A DNA stretch of 60,118 nucleotides, the filler included, from Hausera hauseri (Eukaryota): NCBI GenBank assembly GCA_046269625.1. It is 9 parts of 9 records of this genome, joined end to end, with 100 filler letters (N's around TTAATTAATTAA, not from the genome) between each part and the next. Parts side by side here need not be neighbours in the genome. Positions count along the whole stretch, not along the records: positions 45,138 to 52,604 come from JBJURY010013233.1; positions 52,705 to 60,118 come from JBJURY010016121.1; 7 more parts are not named here. The stretch is one strand, 5' to 3'. Shown one piece after another: positions 49,205-60,118 of this stretch; position 1 is the stretch's first letter, and the number at the start of each line of letters is the position of its first letter. The notes below the pieces were generated by a model, which was not told the origin of the DNA, did not search any database, and saw only the letters and a list, made by a program, of their open reading frames with translations. Made by a program: the position numbers and the translations under genes.

Positions 49205-50091
49205 ATCTGTCCTATAACACTTTGACTGTTCTATGGTACTTTTAGACTGTTCTATGGAACTTTTAGACTATTCTATGGCACTTCCAGACTGTTCTATGAC
49301 ACTTTTAGACTTCTCTATCGCACTTTTAGACTTCTCTATGGCACTTTTAGACTGTTCTATAACACTTTGACTGTTCTATGGCACTTTTACACTGTTTATG
49401 ACACTTTTAAACTGTTCTATGGTACTTTTAGACTGTTCTATGGCACTTTTAGACTGTTCTATGGCACTTCCAGACTGTTCTATGACACTTTTAGACTGTT
49501 CTATGGCACTTTTAGACTGTTCTATGGCACTTCCAGACTGTTCTATGACACTTTTAGACTTCTCTANNNNNNNNNNNNNNNNNNNNNNNNNNNNNNNNNN
49601 NNNNNNNNNNNNNNNNNNNNNNNNNNNNNNNNNNNNNNNNNNNNNNNNNNNNNNNNNNNNNNNNNNCACTTCCAGACTGTTCTATGACACTTTTAGACTT
49701 CTCTATCGCACTTTTAGACTTCTCTATGGCACTTTTAGACTGTCCTATAACACTTTGACTGTTCTATGGCACTTTTAGACTGTTCTATGGCACTTTTAGA
49801 CTGTTCTATGACACTTTTAGACTGTTCTGTGACACTTTTAGACTTCTCTATGGCACTTTTAAACTGTCCTATAACACTTTGACTATTCTATGGCACTTTT
49901 AGACTGTTCTATGGCACTTTAGACTGTTCTATGGCACTTTTAGACTGTTCTATGACACTTTTAGACTGTTCTATGACACTTTTAGACTTCTCTATGGCAC
50001 TTTTAGGCGGTCCTATAACACTTTGACTGTTCTATGGCACTTTTAGACTGTTTTATGGCACTTTTAGACTGTTCTATGGCACTTGAAGACA
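49201..50091 (+). repeat. 21-bp tandem repeat array (consensus GACTGTTCTATGGCACTTTTA) with recurring 19-bp variant; contains a 100-N gap
   Basis: Directly visible. Variants include TATGACAC, CTTCTCTAT, CTTCCAGA and 19-bp GACTGTCCTATAACACTTT. Confidence 0.95.
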
Positions 50092-51024
50092 TTTCATTTG
50101 CACTTTTTCAATCCTGTATGAATCTTTTAGACTTATTTATAGCATTTTAAACGTTTCAAGAGATACGGGAGATATACCAACAGTAATCAGTCTAAACGTC
50201 TTATAATGGTACCAAGTAATGGTGAAAGAATGTCTAAGTGTTATAGAAGTGGTTTCAAATAACGGCATACAAGTAATGTCAAAGAACAGTCTAAATGTCA
50301 TGCCTAACAACGTACTATAGTTACAACGGAGAGCAGAGGTTTCGTGTAGGACTGCAAAAGTCCTTAAATGTTAATGTACACTTATTTTGACGGGGGCAAT
50401 AATGCATATGTACAAATATATCTGCAAAAATCCTTTGGTACCCGCAAAATCATTATTATTATTTTCATAATTAATCCAAACCAAATTTACTCACCATTCC
50501 TTCACGAATTTGAATTTTATTTTTCAAAGGACTCAAAACCTGAATCGGTTTCTTATAGTTATCCGACTGAATCAGAGAAACCGGCCGCCATCCAATCGGT
50601 GCTCGAACCATATAGATCGTATATGATTTATACGGCATTGAACTGTAAAGACAAATGAATCCCGATTCAACATAACCCGGTTTTTTCACACCGAGTAACA
50701 CGACTGTTCCGTTGGGATGTTTGAAAAAATCGAAATAATCACTGAGCGGAGTGAATTTCCTAGCTGCCGGATCACTGACAACACGATAACACGAACTTCC
50801 GCTGCTAACACCGGGACAAAGTGACCATAAAAATGGTGAAAGTAAATTCTGATCGGCCCATCTTGGCAAAAGTGATTTAAAATCGCCGGTCATTTTTCCG
50901 CAATCCAAAGAAACAGGGAAATCATCAGTTTTGATATCTTCCATCGGAATTGGTTCATCGTTATTTGACAACGGAGAAATGAAACTCGATAATTCTTAAA
51001 GTGGAGAATTATAATGCGAGAAAG

Positions 51025-51270
51025 TCAAACATCTGCCGTACTAATTTTGTAGAATTGATAATCTTGAATTTCCACATAATTTGAACTGATTAAACCAATG
51101 CGATTTTTCAATTTACAATAATAGAAACCATCAAATGGTTTACTTCTACCACGAATGTTATTATTTGCTTCCAAAAGGGAGGCGGTAATTCCTGTAAAGT
51201 TGTTGCCATGACAAAAAATTGCACAAGAAATCAATTTTACTTACCGGTGGAATCATCATAATTAACTTAA
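51025..51270 (-). pseudogene. SH3-like host gene fragment
   Basis: DGFYYCKLKNRIGLISSNYVEI resembles the SH3 C-terminal G-L-x-P-x-N-Y-V motif. A nearby GTAAGT suggests small introns. Confidence 0.4.
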
Positions 51271-52704
51271 AACGTTAAATCGCCGAATATGATTTTATCA
51301 TTTGCTTTCGTTACCGAATGGCACTCTTCTTTTGAATTAAGCGTATCTCTGTTACATAATCAAGCCGTTATGATTTTCGAATCACTATCCAATTTTTGTA
51401 CATAACAATAAAAATTCAACGATGACAAATTATAGTAAATTGATGCTTGAATCTGTCCGTTAGAATATGCATCGACATGGGTATTTTCTTGGTCAAATTC
51501 GTAAAAAATTTTTTCTATTTTGGACTTTTGCATTAGGGATAAATCGAAGAAATTTTTCGAGAGAAAACTAAATTAAAAAACAACAGTTTATCTTTAGATT
51601 TTAAATTTCTTAGTTTCGATATATAATCTTCAAAATAAATAAATTAGTCTAAAAGTCTTACCGCAGGAAAGTAAAAACAAGAAAATCCTCAAATGTTTAT
51701 ACATCAGAATTTTAAATTGGACAGAAAAATTAAATTGTAGCAGTAGTTTATTGAAACAAATGATGTTATGTATTCGTTAATCCATGAAATTATGTATTGC
51801 AGATTGTACAAATTCAGTAAACCATTGGATGAATGCGACATTATATAAATCAGAGTAATTATTTAAATGTTGATATAACTTAAATTATTTGATTATATAT
51901 AAAAGAAGCTACAAGAGAATTTAAGTAACTTTGAGTAGAACAAAAAGTATTTTGATGATTAAACAATCATGAATTTTGTTCAATTACTCTTTCGATTACA
52001 AAAACAAATTTGCATTTACTTACCTTAGAAACCTGCAACATAACATTAAATTAGCCGAGCAACTTAAATTTCAAAAAAATTACAAATAAACAAGTGAATA
52101 TTCAAACAAATTTGTCAAAAATATGGTCAAATTACATTGAACTTGCAATTATATCAATTAAATGTTAAGTAACTTGCACTATTTTGATAATATAATCAAG
52201 TTTCATAAATATCTAAGTGCCCTTAAAATTTGATTAATATCGTGATTGTGTTAAGCATTTTTAAGTTATCTGACAGAAGTAACCATTTTCACGCTTTTCG
52301 GTTCCACAAATTTCATATTTTCACAAATCTCCATCTCTTAATAATTAGCTTAATGAGATGGTAAATAAATTGGATAAAATATTATTTTGCTATTCTGATT
52401 ATGTTAAACGAAATTACAAATTTTTATTCAAAAGTATTATTACATGTAACGTGCAAAACATACTTGTGTATTTTCACCATTAATTAAGAATCCAAAAGTC
52501 ACATAATTTAGACAAAATTTAACCTAAAAGAAATTCAATTAATAAACCTGAATTTAATGTTTAAAATATTTAGACATAATTATCTGCATTTAAATGTCAG
52601 TGAANNNNNNNNNNNNNNNNNNNNNNNNNNNNNNNNNNNNNNNNNNNNTTAATTAATTAANNNNNNNNNNNNNNNNNNNNNNNNNNNNNNNNNNNNNNNN
52701 NNNN

Positions 52705-52870
52705 GGTGGAGGTAAGACGATGCAGGATATCCTTGATGAGTGGTAAAGGATATGCATCCATGATAGTCAAGTTGTTAAGCTCTCGGTAGTCACCACATGG
52801 TCTAAAGGTACCGTTATTTTTTGTACAACGTGTAAAAGTGATGATCAAGGAGGTTTTGAACGGCGTATTA
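52705..52870 (-). mobile_element. RT fragment of another CsRn1-like copy
   Basis: KNNGTFRPCGDYRELNNLTIMDAYPLPLIKDILHRL. Confidence 0.85.
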
Positions 52871-53949
52871 TCGTTTGTATATAAATCTAGTGCGCAAGAA
52901 ATAAATTCAGGTAAATTCAGAATAAAGTAAAATCCAAAAAAGGCGGCTGAACTAACGTTTTATTAAAACTTAGATAAACAAACAATTTCTATTCAATATA
53001 TTTATCACCTGTATATTGTCATTATTATCCGGGAAATCGCTGATAATATCGGTTTTATTTTCCTGATTCAGTGTTGCACGTGCAACAAAAAAGCGTTTGT
53101 TCAACATTCAAAGCTTCTTTAGCTCTACATTTGAAATATGGAATATCACCTTTAGATTGTGCTCTTCTCGGCTGTACCTAATGTCTTTAGAGACCAGTCT
53201 ATCTACTGGTAATTATCATCACATTCCAATATTATCTCATTCCAATATTGCCACACTGGTGGGGAAAGTCCTCCAATCGACGCCAATCCCTCCAATGCGA
53301 CCATACTCTAAGCACTACATCAGGCCCGTGGCAAGAAGAAGATTATAAAGAGAAGAAGGAAGTGGAGATTGTAGTAGAAAAAAGGAACTTGTACCTATTC
53401 GGTTTTGGTACGTGTTAGACGTTGGACTCTATCTATAAACTTCTCTCTGCTGTAAGTGATAAAAATTACATGACGTGATCTATTAGATGTTACTGGCACT
53501 TTTGGAGTCATTTGAGAGAGATACTGTGGATTTTGTGGTGCTGGAGGATGCTCAATGAAGAGGTGAAAGTGGAGGAGAAGTTGAAAACGGAAAAGGATCA
53601 CGCAAAGAATACGAGACTGGAGATGGCAGCGAATTCTGCGATGAAGGTGAAATGATTAATGAATGTGCAGGTGATGATGGAGAAGCAAATAGTGAAGGAG
53701 ACTGGATGATGACGGAACTAAAGAGATGTGGTCGTCACGCGATAGTGATGGCTGCGAAGGATTAAAATCATCAAGGAAATTAGATGATGACTCAAGTGTA
53801 GAGAAGTTAGTGTTGGGATTTGAAACAATGCTCTTATTCTGGTCATCATCAATGAAGAAGGCTGGCTTATGATTAGAAATGTGTACATTATTGGGTTGGT
53901 CCTTGAGTAAAATAGTGGCAGTGTGAGAAGAAAGACTGAGTAATTTGTA

Positions 53950-56900
53950 AGGTCCAACGTATTGAGGCCGAAAACCAGAAGCTGACGGATCCTTCAGCCA
54001 TACAAACTTGGTTGAGTATATGTCCTCTGGAATATAAGATTTGTCTTTATTTATAAGACGGTAAAAGGCGTTTGAGTTTGCCTCTACAAAGTGAGACTGT
54101 GTGCACGAATGACTTCATCTGATGAACTTTCATCGAAGTTGGAAAGCTCAAATAGTGCATGAATTGGTGTCCCAAAGAGAACTTCAGCCGGGGCACAACT
54201 GGTGGTAGTGGATGGCGTGTTGCGCCAGCCAAGTAGAACAAGAGGAAGAATCGAGGTCCAATTACGATTGTTGTTTGCCAGGATTTTTAAAGAAATCTTG
54301 ATGGTGCGGTGAAATCTCTCAAGAAGGCCATTTGCTTGGGGATGGTACGGCGTCGTATGGAAGTGGGCTGTCCCCAAGTGCTTAACTACAGATTTAAAAA
54401 GATCAGCTTCAAATTGCGGACCCTGGTCCGTTATGATGTAACGTGGTGAACCAAAACAACTGAACCATATCTTGATAAATGCATCTGCTACTGAGTCAGT
54501 GTTGGTTTATCGAAGCGGAACGAATTCAGGCCAGCGTAAAGCGAGATCCATCATGGATAAGATGTATTGATAACCGTTGTCGGATGGCAAAGGCCCGACA
54601 AGATCCAAATGCACAGTGTCAAAACTGGACGTACAAGGGAAGTGGTAAAATGTTGGTTTTAGCTGTTTGTGGACCTTGTATTGCTGGCATGCTGCACATT
54701 CCTTGATCCAGATCTGTACATCGGTACGCATAGTTGGCCATACAACGTGGTGTTGCAGTAAACGAAATGTGGCTTTTGAACCCGGATGATGAAGATAATG
54801 AAAATAATTGAAAGCCGTCTTTGTAACGATGGGGAAAGAATGATTTTCTTGTTCGTCGAGTTGGAAGTGCCATAAGCGATCTTATCAATGATTTCAACAG
54901 ATTTTAAAGCTTGGAGAATGTCAGATGATGGCTGATTGCTTCTCAGGACCTCTGAGGAGAAAATTGGCTGAACTGTAATGGAGTTAACCGACCCCGAAAG
55001 AAAATCCGCTACTAGATTTTTGGTACCTAAAATATATTTCATGGAAAAACTGAACGTTGCCAGGCATGATGTCTGTCGTTCTTGCCTAGGTGAGGGCTGT
55101 TTCAAAGTCATTATGTAAAGTATTGGCTTATGGTCGGTTTGGATGGTAAATTGACGTGAAAGAAGCAAGTACTTGAAATGCTTTACCGCTAAAACTACAG
55201 CCAAAAGTTCACGATCGAATGTTGAGTATCGGCTTTTAGGTTGCGTGAGCTTTCGGGAATAGAATTCTAATGGCTCATCGACGCCATTATATATTTGGTG
55301 TAATATCACACCAGTTGCTGTGGTTGAGGCATCGGTAGTTAATATTATTTCAGCGTTTGGCTTTGGAAAAGCCAAGATTTCCATAGTTTTCAGACCTTCT
55401 CAAAGGCGATAAAATTGGTTTACTAGATTGAGAGTCAAATGGATTAATTGTCTTTTTATCCCGGATTAGAGGTGTGCGAAAGGTGCCATTAGTTCGAAGC
55501 AATGTGGCACGTATTTATGTACGAAATGCAGTGTTCCTAGAAAACTCTTGATGTCGGTAGTGGTGATAGGTAATGTAACATTTTTCAATTGTTGTAGGCG
55601 ATCAGAATGGGGCGAATGACCTTCGGGAGTAATTATGTGGCCCAGGAAGTTGATGAGTTTCTGGAAGAAATTGCATTTGGCAAAATTAATTTGCAGCTTG
55701 CTTTGATTCAATCTATGGAAAATGATTTTAAGGTGCTCATCATGGTTTGATCGAGATGGAAGCGACTAATATGTCATCTATGTATGGGTGAGCAAAATCA
55801 AGACGAGAAAGAACGGTGTCAATGTGGCGCTGAAATGTCTGAAATGCACTTCGTAGGCCGAAAAGCATGAAGATGTACTCATAAAGGTCAAATTGTGTGA
55901 TGACAGCAGTTTTTGGAATGTCATAAGGTGCAACAGGAATTTGATGGTAGGCCTTGTGCAAATCAATAGTAGAGTATTTATTGGTGTTATTGAGACTATG
56001 AAGAATATCCTTAATGAATAATAGTGGACAGGCATCTGCAATAGTCAAATTGTTTAATTGTCGGTAGTCGTCACATGGCTTACAAGTTCCATCTTTCTTT
56101 ACTACTACATGAAGAGGGGAGGCCCATGGAGAATTCGATCTCCGAACGATGCCAGACTTTTCCAGTTCATTAAACTCCTGTTCCACAGCTTTACGTCTGC
56201 GTGGCGACAAAGGTCTTGCCTTCTGTTTGATGGGCCTCTGAAGCTCCGTTACAATGTGATGATAAGTTGAGGATGACAGCTTGAAGTTGATGTCTTTTTT
56301 AACTATTCGAAAGCATGATGTTGTGATATACGATCTAAGATCAGAGTCTAAAGATAAGAATGATTGAGGCGTATCTTTAGAAAGAACAGCTGCAGTGACT
56401 GAAGAAAGGCAACTGGCATCGCTACTGTCGACACCTAATTTGGATTTCTGTTTCAAAATATACACAAGATTTTCTTTCGTAATTGAAGGTATGCCAACTT
56501 TATCGGAAGTTTTTTCAATAGATGAAGAAACGTCCAACATGTTTCCAGATGAGTGCAATGAATTGCTTGCTAGATTGTCTGCGAGACACATGTTTGAAGT
56601 TGAAATCGAATTTTTCTTAGAAGACAGCTGTATTTGCAGTCTACCAATAAATCATGAAAGGCAAGAAAATCTGAGCCGATTATGGGAGATTTAATGTTGG
56701 TCACGTGGAACTTCCAGACAAACGTATTTGGCAAGTTGGCGAATGTAAAAGTCAATTCCGTAGTTCCTGCAACGTGCAACGGTTGTCCACTGGCAGTGAA
56801 AAGCGGTGGACAGGAAATCATAGTCAAGGTAGGAACGAAGGACAACGGAAGAAGTGAAAAGGCAGCTCCTGAATCTATAAGAAAATCGATGTGTGAACTA

Positions 56901-58299
56901 TCGCTGCATAAAAGTGCAGATTTTAACAGAAATACTGCAGAGGCGGTGTTGAAACGGCCCGAAGATTGAGCGATATTGCCTGCGCCAGAATGTGTCATAA
57001 CATCTGGCGGCATTATTAGTTTTTTGGTGGATTTGGAGGAAAGGAAGAAGAGGAAGAAAAGCTAGGAGATTTTTTGTTATAATGTATACAACCAGGCACA
57101 CATGATCTGGCCTGTGACTGATATTTGTTGTGGTATATACAAATAGAGTTATTTACAGCGTATCACTCACTAAAGAATCGACAGCCCAAGAAACATTTCC
57201 TTGCTTCCTTTCAAAAACGCATGTGGTAGAAACAAGTCATGCGTTCGCCAGGTGAAATGGACCGAGAAGAGTGCATTGAAATGCTTCGCTTTCGTGAACG
57301 TCTGGTTTCACTTCGTTGAGGCCCATTAAGACTACTTAGTTGGCTAGTAATGACCAAGATCGATTGTTGTAGCATGTCAAACTGTTGCTGCATCATTTGC
57401 AACTGTTGAGTAAAGAGTGTCGTATCTGTAGTTGGAGCACACGTGGTTGCAGCAGCAACAGGGAGAGAACTGTTAGTATGAAGAATCTCAAAAGATTTGT
57501 CAGCCATTAATACCAGTTTTTCAATTGCAGTGGATTCGTCAACAACGGTCAGCAAGGCTCTGATTGAGGTGGGCAAAGACGATAAGAAATAACGGCGAAT
57601 TAAATCCGCGTTATTCGTAGGGGTCACTCCTAGCGCGCTGAGCTGTAGAATGGCTGTTTGGAGAAAGTCGGGTGGCTTTTGGTTCCCTATTGCGTGTAAA
57701 TTAAAATACTTTTGTATTATGTTGTCAATCGATGGATCCGTGACATGCAGTACAGCTTCGCAGAGTGTCTCGTAAGGCGTAGGGGATTGTAGCAGCTCGA
57801 AAATATTATTAATTTGCTGCTTGACGTTGGCAGGAATAAGAATTAAAAGGCTATTGACTCGCACAAAAGAATCTGTAATGTTGTTCGATTTTAGCCACTG
57901 CTGGTAAAATTGGAGCCATGGCTTGCGGGAGTTGTTTTTATCAAGGAAGAATTTAACACAAGGTAAATTTAACGAACCTCGTGACTGTTGGGAGTGTGGC
58001 AAACGATATATGTTGCCTGTATTCGTAAATTTATCATCCTAGCAGGATGAATTTGTATCCGATCCACCCCGGAGGCGAAATTTGAGCATAAGATGGATAA
58101 CTGAACGTTCATGGCATACGAAAGACAAAAGTGAGTCGGCGGCATGTACAGTGATACATTAATGTGTGAAATAGAAATTGGCAGTGTCGAGTGAGGAGGA
58201 TAGAGAGGTGTACAGTAGTTGCGCCGTGAAATTGAGTGGAGCCTTAATGGTAGTTATGTGTTTATTGTTATTGAAGATAAGGAAGGAGAGTTGTACGGA
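53950..58299 (-). mobile_element. CsRn1-like Gypsy copy 3 (UBL-gag, -1 frameshift, PR-RT-RH-IN), degenerate
   Basis: Gag about 57016-58062 (KPWLQFYQQWL, DLIRRYFLSSLP, CFYHMRF). AAAAAAC at 57019-57025. Protease FLIDSGAAFSLLP. RT HPYIDD. RNase H TTDAS, TDHKP. Integrase HLDLVGP, YHPQANGLLERFH. Confidence 0.93.
58063..58299 (-). pseudogene. Ubiquitin-like domain ending FRLRGG, in frame with Gag
   Basis: SVQLSFLIFNNNKHITTIKAPLNFTAQLLYTSLSSSLDTANFYFTH*CITVHAADSLLSFVCHERSVIHLMLKFRLRGG|SD. Same frame as ORFs 58159-59013 and 57211-58002. Confidence 0.75.
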
Positions 58300-59320
58300 A
58301 GCAATACCAGGAGAATGGTAAAATTCAAAAGAAGCTTGTGCGGTTTGCTTCCGTGTTAACAAGAGATATGGGCGTGCAGCCGGGATAACGGTGGCAAACG
58401 ATGGTTTGAACGTATGAAACAGATGAACACTAGTAATTACTTGGATAGTAGTCCCCACAAGGCATCCCATTCTTTTGTCTCTGAATCTACTTGATTGTGT
58501 TTCATGTCGGAAAAAGATGTGCGACAGCATAAATGTACAATGGCTTATCCAATCGTCAGTCGTTTGACGTAATGCAGTAAATGTATTTTGGTAAATGTGG
58601 ACTTGTTCAGTAATCGACTTGACGTGTATTACGAGAAAGCCGCTACACCTTTCCACGTGGAATAGCATTATCGGATTGCAAGTTTGGTGTTTCATTATAA
58701 TGTCTTTAAACAATTGTTTCTGTTTCAAAACTGTTGACATGCGCATGGATGTGGTGAGGACGCTGATATTTTTTACTAATTTAGTCGCAAAATAGCGAAA
58801 ATTCACACAAAAACTACTATCGTGAATACACGACAAAATAAGGTCTTGTATTTGAGGAATATGGTGACAAAGTGAAATTCTTATTAGTTTATATTGACCT
58901 GTTGACATGCTATCTGTGTAGGAGTATTTTGACTCAGATGCATAGGTTGCAATTGCGCTGCTCTCAGTTTTCAGATTAGATTTTGACACAACCACTTTAA
59001 CACCATGCAGCATATTCGGTCTATTTGTGTTCAGTCAGAACAATGTAATAGAAATCTGGATGTCTGTGTTGTTCTGATTCTACAGGTGCATCCCATTGGT
59101 AAGTCGAATGCTGTACACCTATACTAGAAAAGTTCGCAAATGAAGGGACATTAGACACAAATAATTTGGTCTTTATCAGCGGTCGTTTTAAGTTAACATA
59201 CATTTGCTGATCATCAGAGAGCAATTCTATATCATCTGGGGAATTCTGGTGAATTGGTGTCGAGTAAATGGTCACGATTTTTTGCAGTGTCTCTTCAGAT
59301 TGTCGTTTGCGATTGAACAA
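58159..59320 (-). CDS. Unknown leader ORFs upstream of UBL-Gag
   Basis: ORF 58159-59013 (284 aa) is in frame with UBL-Gag. ORF 59021-59320 is in frame with 59351-60115. No recognisable motif. Confidence 0.45.
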
Positions 59321-59350
59321 AACTGAAAGATTAATTTGTACAAGCCAACA

Positions 59351-60115
59351 CTAATTTGGAGTAGGAGCAGTGTCAGAAGTTGTAGATTTGTCATAAATTT
59401 TGTAATTCATACACAATGACCTGTACAGATAAAATTTAAGAGCATCACCTGGGCCGTACCTTATCAGTTCATCTAATGTTACCTCGTACAGTCGACCTTG
59501 TAAATGTTGTGGAAGCTTTGGCAAAACACTTCCAGGTGTAATCGGTGTGAAGTTTTTGAGCAATTTTTTAAACAGCTTTTTTGCTAAATTTCTCTCAGTT
59601 CCTTCATATCCAGAAACCGTTGTCGAGACAAACACAAACCTAGAGAAATAACGAGGATACCTATTGGTAATATGCAATGGAATGGCCGCTGCTTCATCAA
59701 TACACAACAGATCACAAACCAACGACTCTGTTTCCGATGGTTCAACATAACGTATAACTTGAGAAAGTTTCCCTCGTTTTAATTCGAGTTTCGTTAGGAC
59801 TTTTGTCTTATTATCAAATTGTGATGTCTTATTTTCGTAATAAACGTGTTCTGAATATACGAAAGCCTTCGATCCCAATTTCACATACTGCGATAACGTA
59901 ATAATGTTTGTTGGACTAAAACCCAACAAACCGTCACTGAACGACGTTTTCATAACGGGCCAACATAAGTCACTTACTAACTTTCGATAGTTTAAGTCTC
60001 CTTTAAAAATTACTAACGACGTCCGTTTGAGATTGTCGTACCAATCTGGACAGATCGATATCATTTTATGGAACGGATGAGATAAAGTTAAAAATATGAG
60101 GTTGAACCGACACAT
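59351..60115 (-). CDS. Chimeric ORF: ARMT1/DUF89 C-terminal fragment fused to NAT10/TmcA helicase-domain fragment
   Basis: SLVIFKGDLNYRKLVSDLCW...F.P is the ARMT1-like motif. QVIRYVEP...LLCIDEAAAIPL...VFVSTTVSGYEGTERNLAKKL...RLYEVTLDELIRYGPGDAL...LC is NAT10-like. No introns. Confidence 0.8.
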   Translation of the reverse strand: MCRFNLIFLTLSHPFHKMISICPDWYDNLKRTSLVIFKGDLNYRKLVSDLCWPVMKTSFSDGLLGFSPTNIITLSQYVKLGSKAFVYSEHVYYENKTSQFDNKTKVLTKLELKRGKLSQVIRYVEPSETESLVCDLLCIDEAAAIPLHITNRYPRYFSRFVFVSTTVSGYEGTERNLAKKLFKKLLKNFTPITPGSVLPKLPQHLQGRLYEVTLDELIRYGPGDALKFYLYRSLCMNYKIYDKSTTSDTAPTPN

Positions 60116-60118
60116 TTC

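Noticed and set aside
49367-49778. ORFs with 7-aa repeats (FRLFYGT, IEQSKSA, LLDCSMA)
   Set aside because: By-products of a 21-bp DNA repeat being open in several frames. They are broken by the 19-bp variants and span an N gap.
49201-50091. CRISPR-like array next to a nuclease-like ORF
   Set aside because: Units are head-to-tail with no unique spacers, there are no cas genes, and the context is eukaryotic.
50471-50971. 166-aa ORF as an FN3-containing host gene
   Set aside because: Only a weak Y-x-I-x-x-V-R-A pattern, not enough to assign.
53240-53270. CCACA-C-TGGTGGGG as LTR edge or PBS of copy 3
   Set aside because: No polypurine tract on the minus strand and no second LTR copy in the window to confirm it.

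Overview
This window is not one locus. It is nine unrelated eukaryotic contigs joined by eight artificial 100-nt linkers (N44-TTAATTAATTAA-N44). It is AT-rich and dominated by decayed Ty3/Gypsy LTR retrotransposons. One contig (30143-34786) looks like teleost fish DNA, so a fish-parasite (e.g. myxozoan) assembly with host carry-over is plausible, but that is inference. The main signal is that three diverged CsRn1-like (CHCC-Gag) Gypsy copies (about 8.75-13.9 kb +, 39.3-45.0 kb +, 53.3-60.1 kb -) each carry a ubiquitin-like domain ending in a di-glycine motif (KLRGG, RIRGG, RLRGG) in frame with the start of Gag. In two copies this domain is preceded on the same strand by host-gene fragments (an ARMT1+NAT10 chimera; WD40 repeats). 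This suggests a cargo-UBL-Gag leader that a deubiquitinase could cleave. A second Gypsy lineage carries membrane-protein accessories: a chuvirus-like class III glycoprotein directly upstream of pol with no gag between (4997-6639 -), and an integrase fused to a signal peptide/FN3-like/TM protein followed by a REX4/ISG20-like pseudo-exonuclease and a 21-bp tandem array (45.3-50.1 kb +). Also present are a third Gypsy element with LTRs, a decayed protease-led polyprotein with internal duplications, CLK-kinase and ERH gene fragments, and a possible Polinton-type PolB fragment. All family assignments come from motif recognition by eye; no database search was run.
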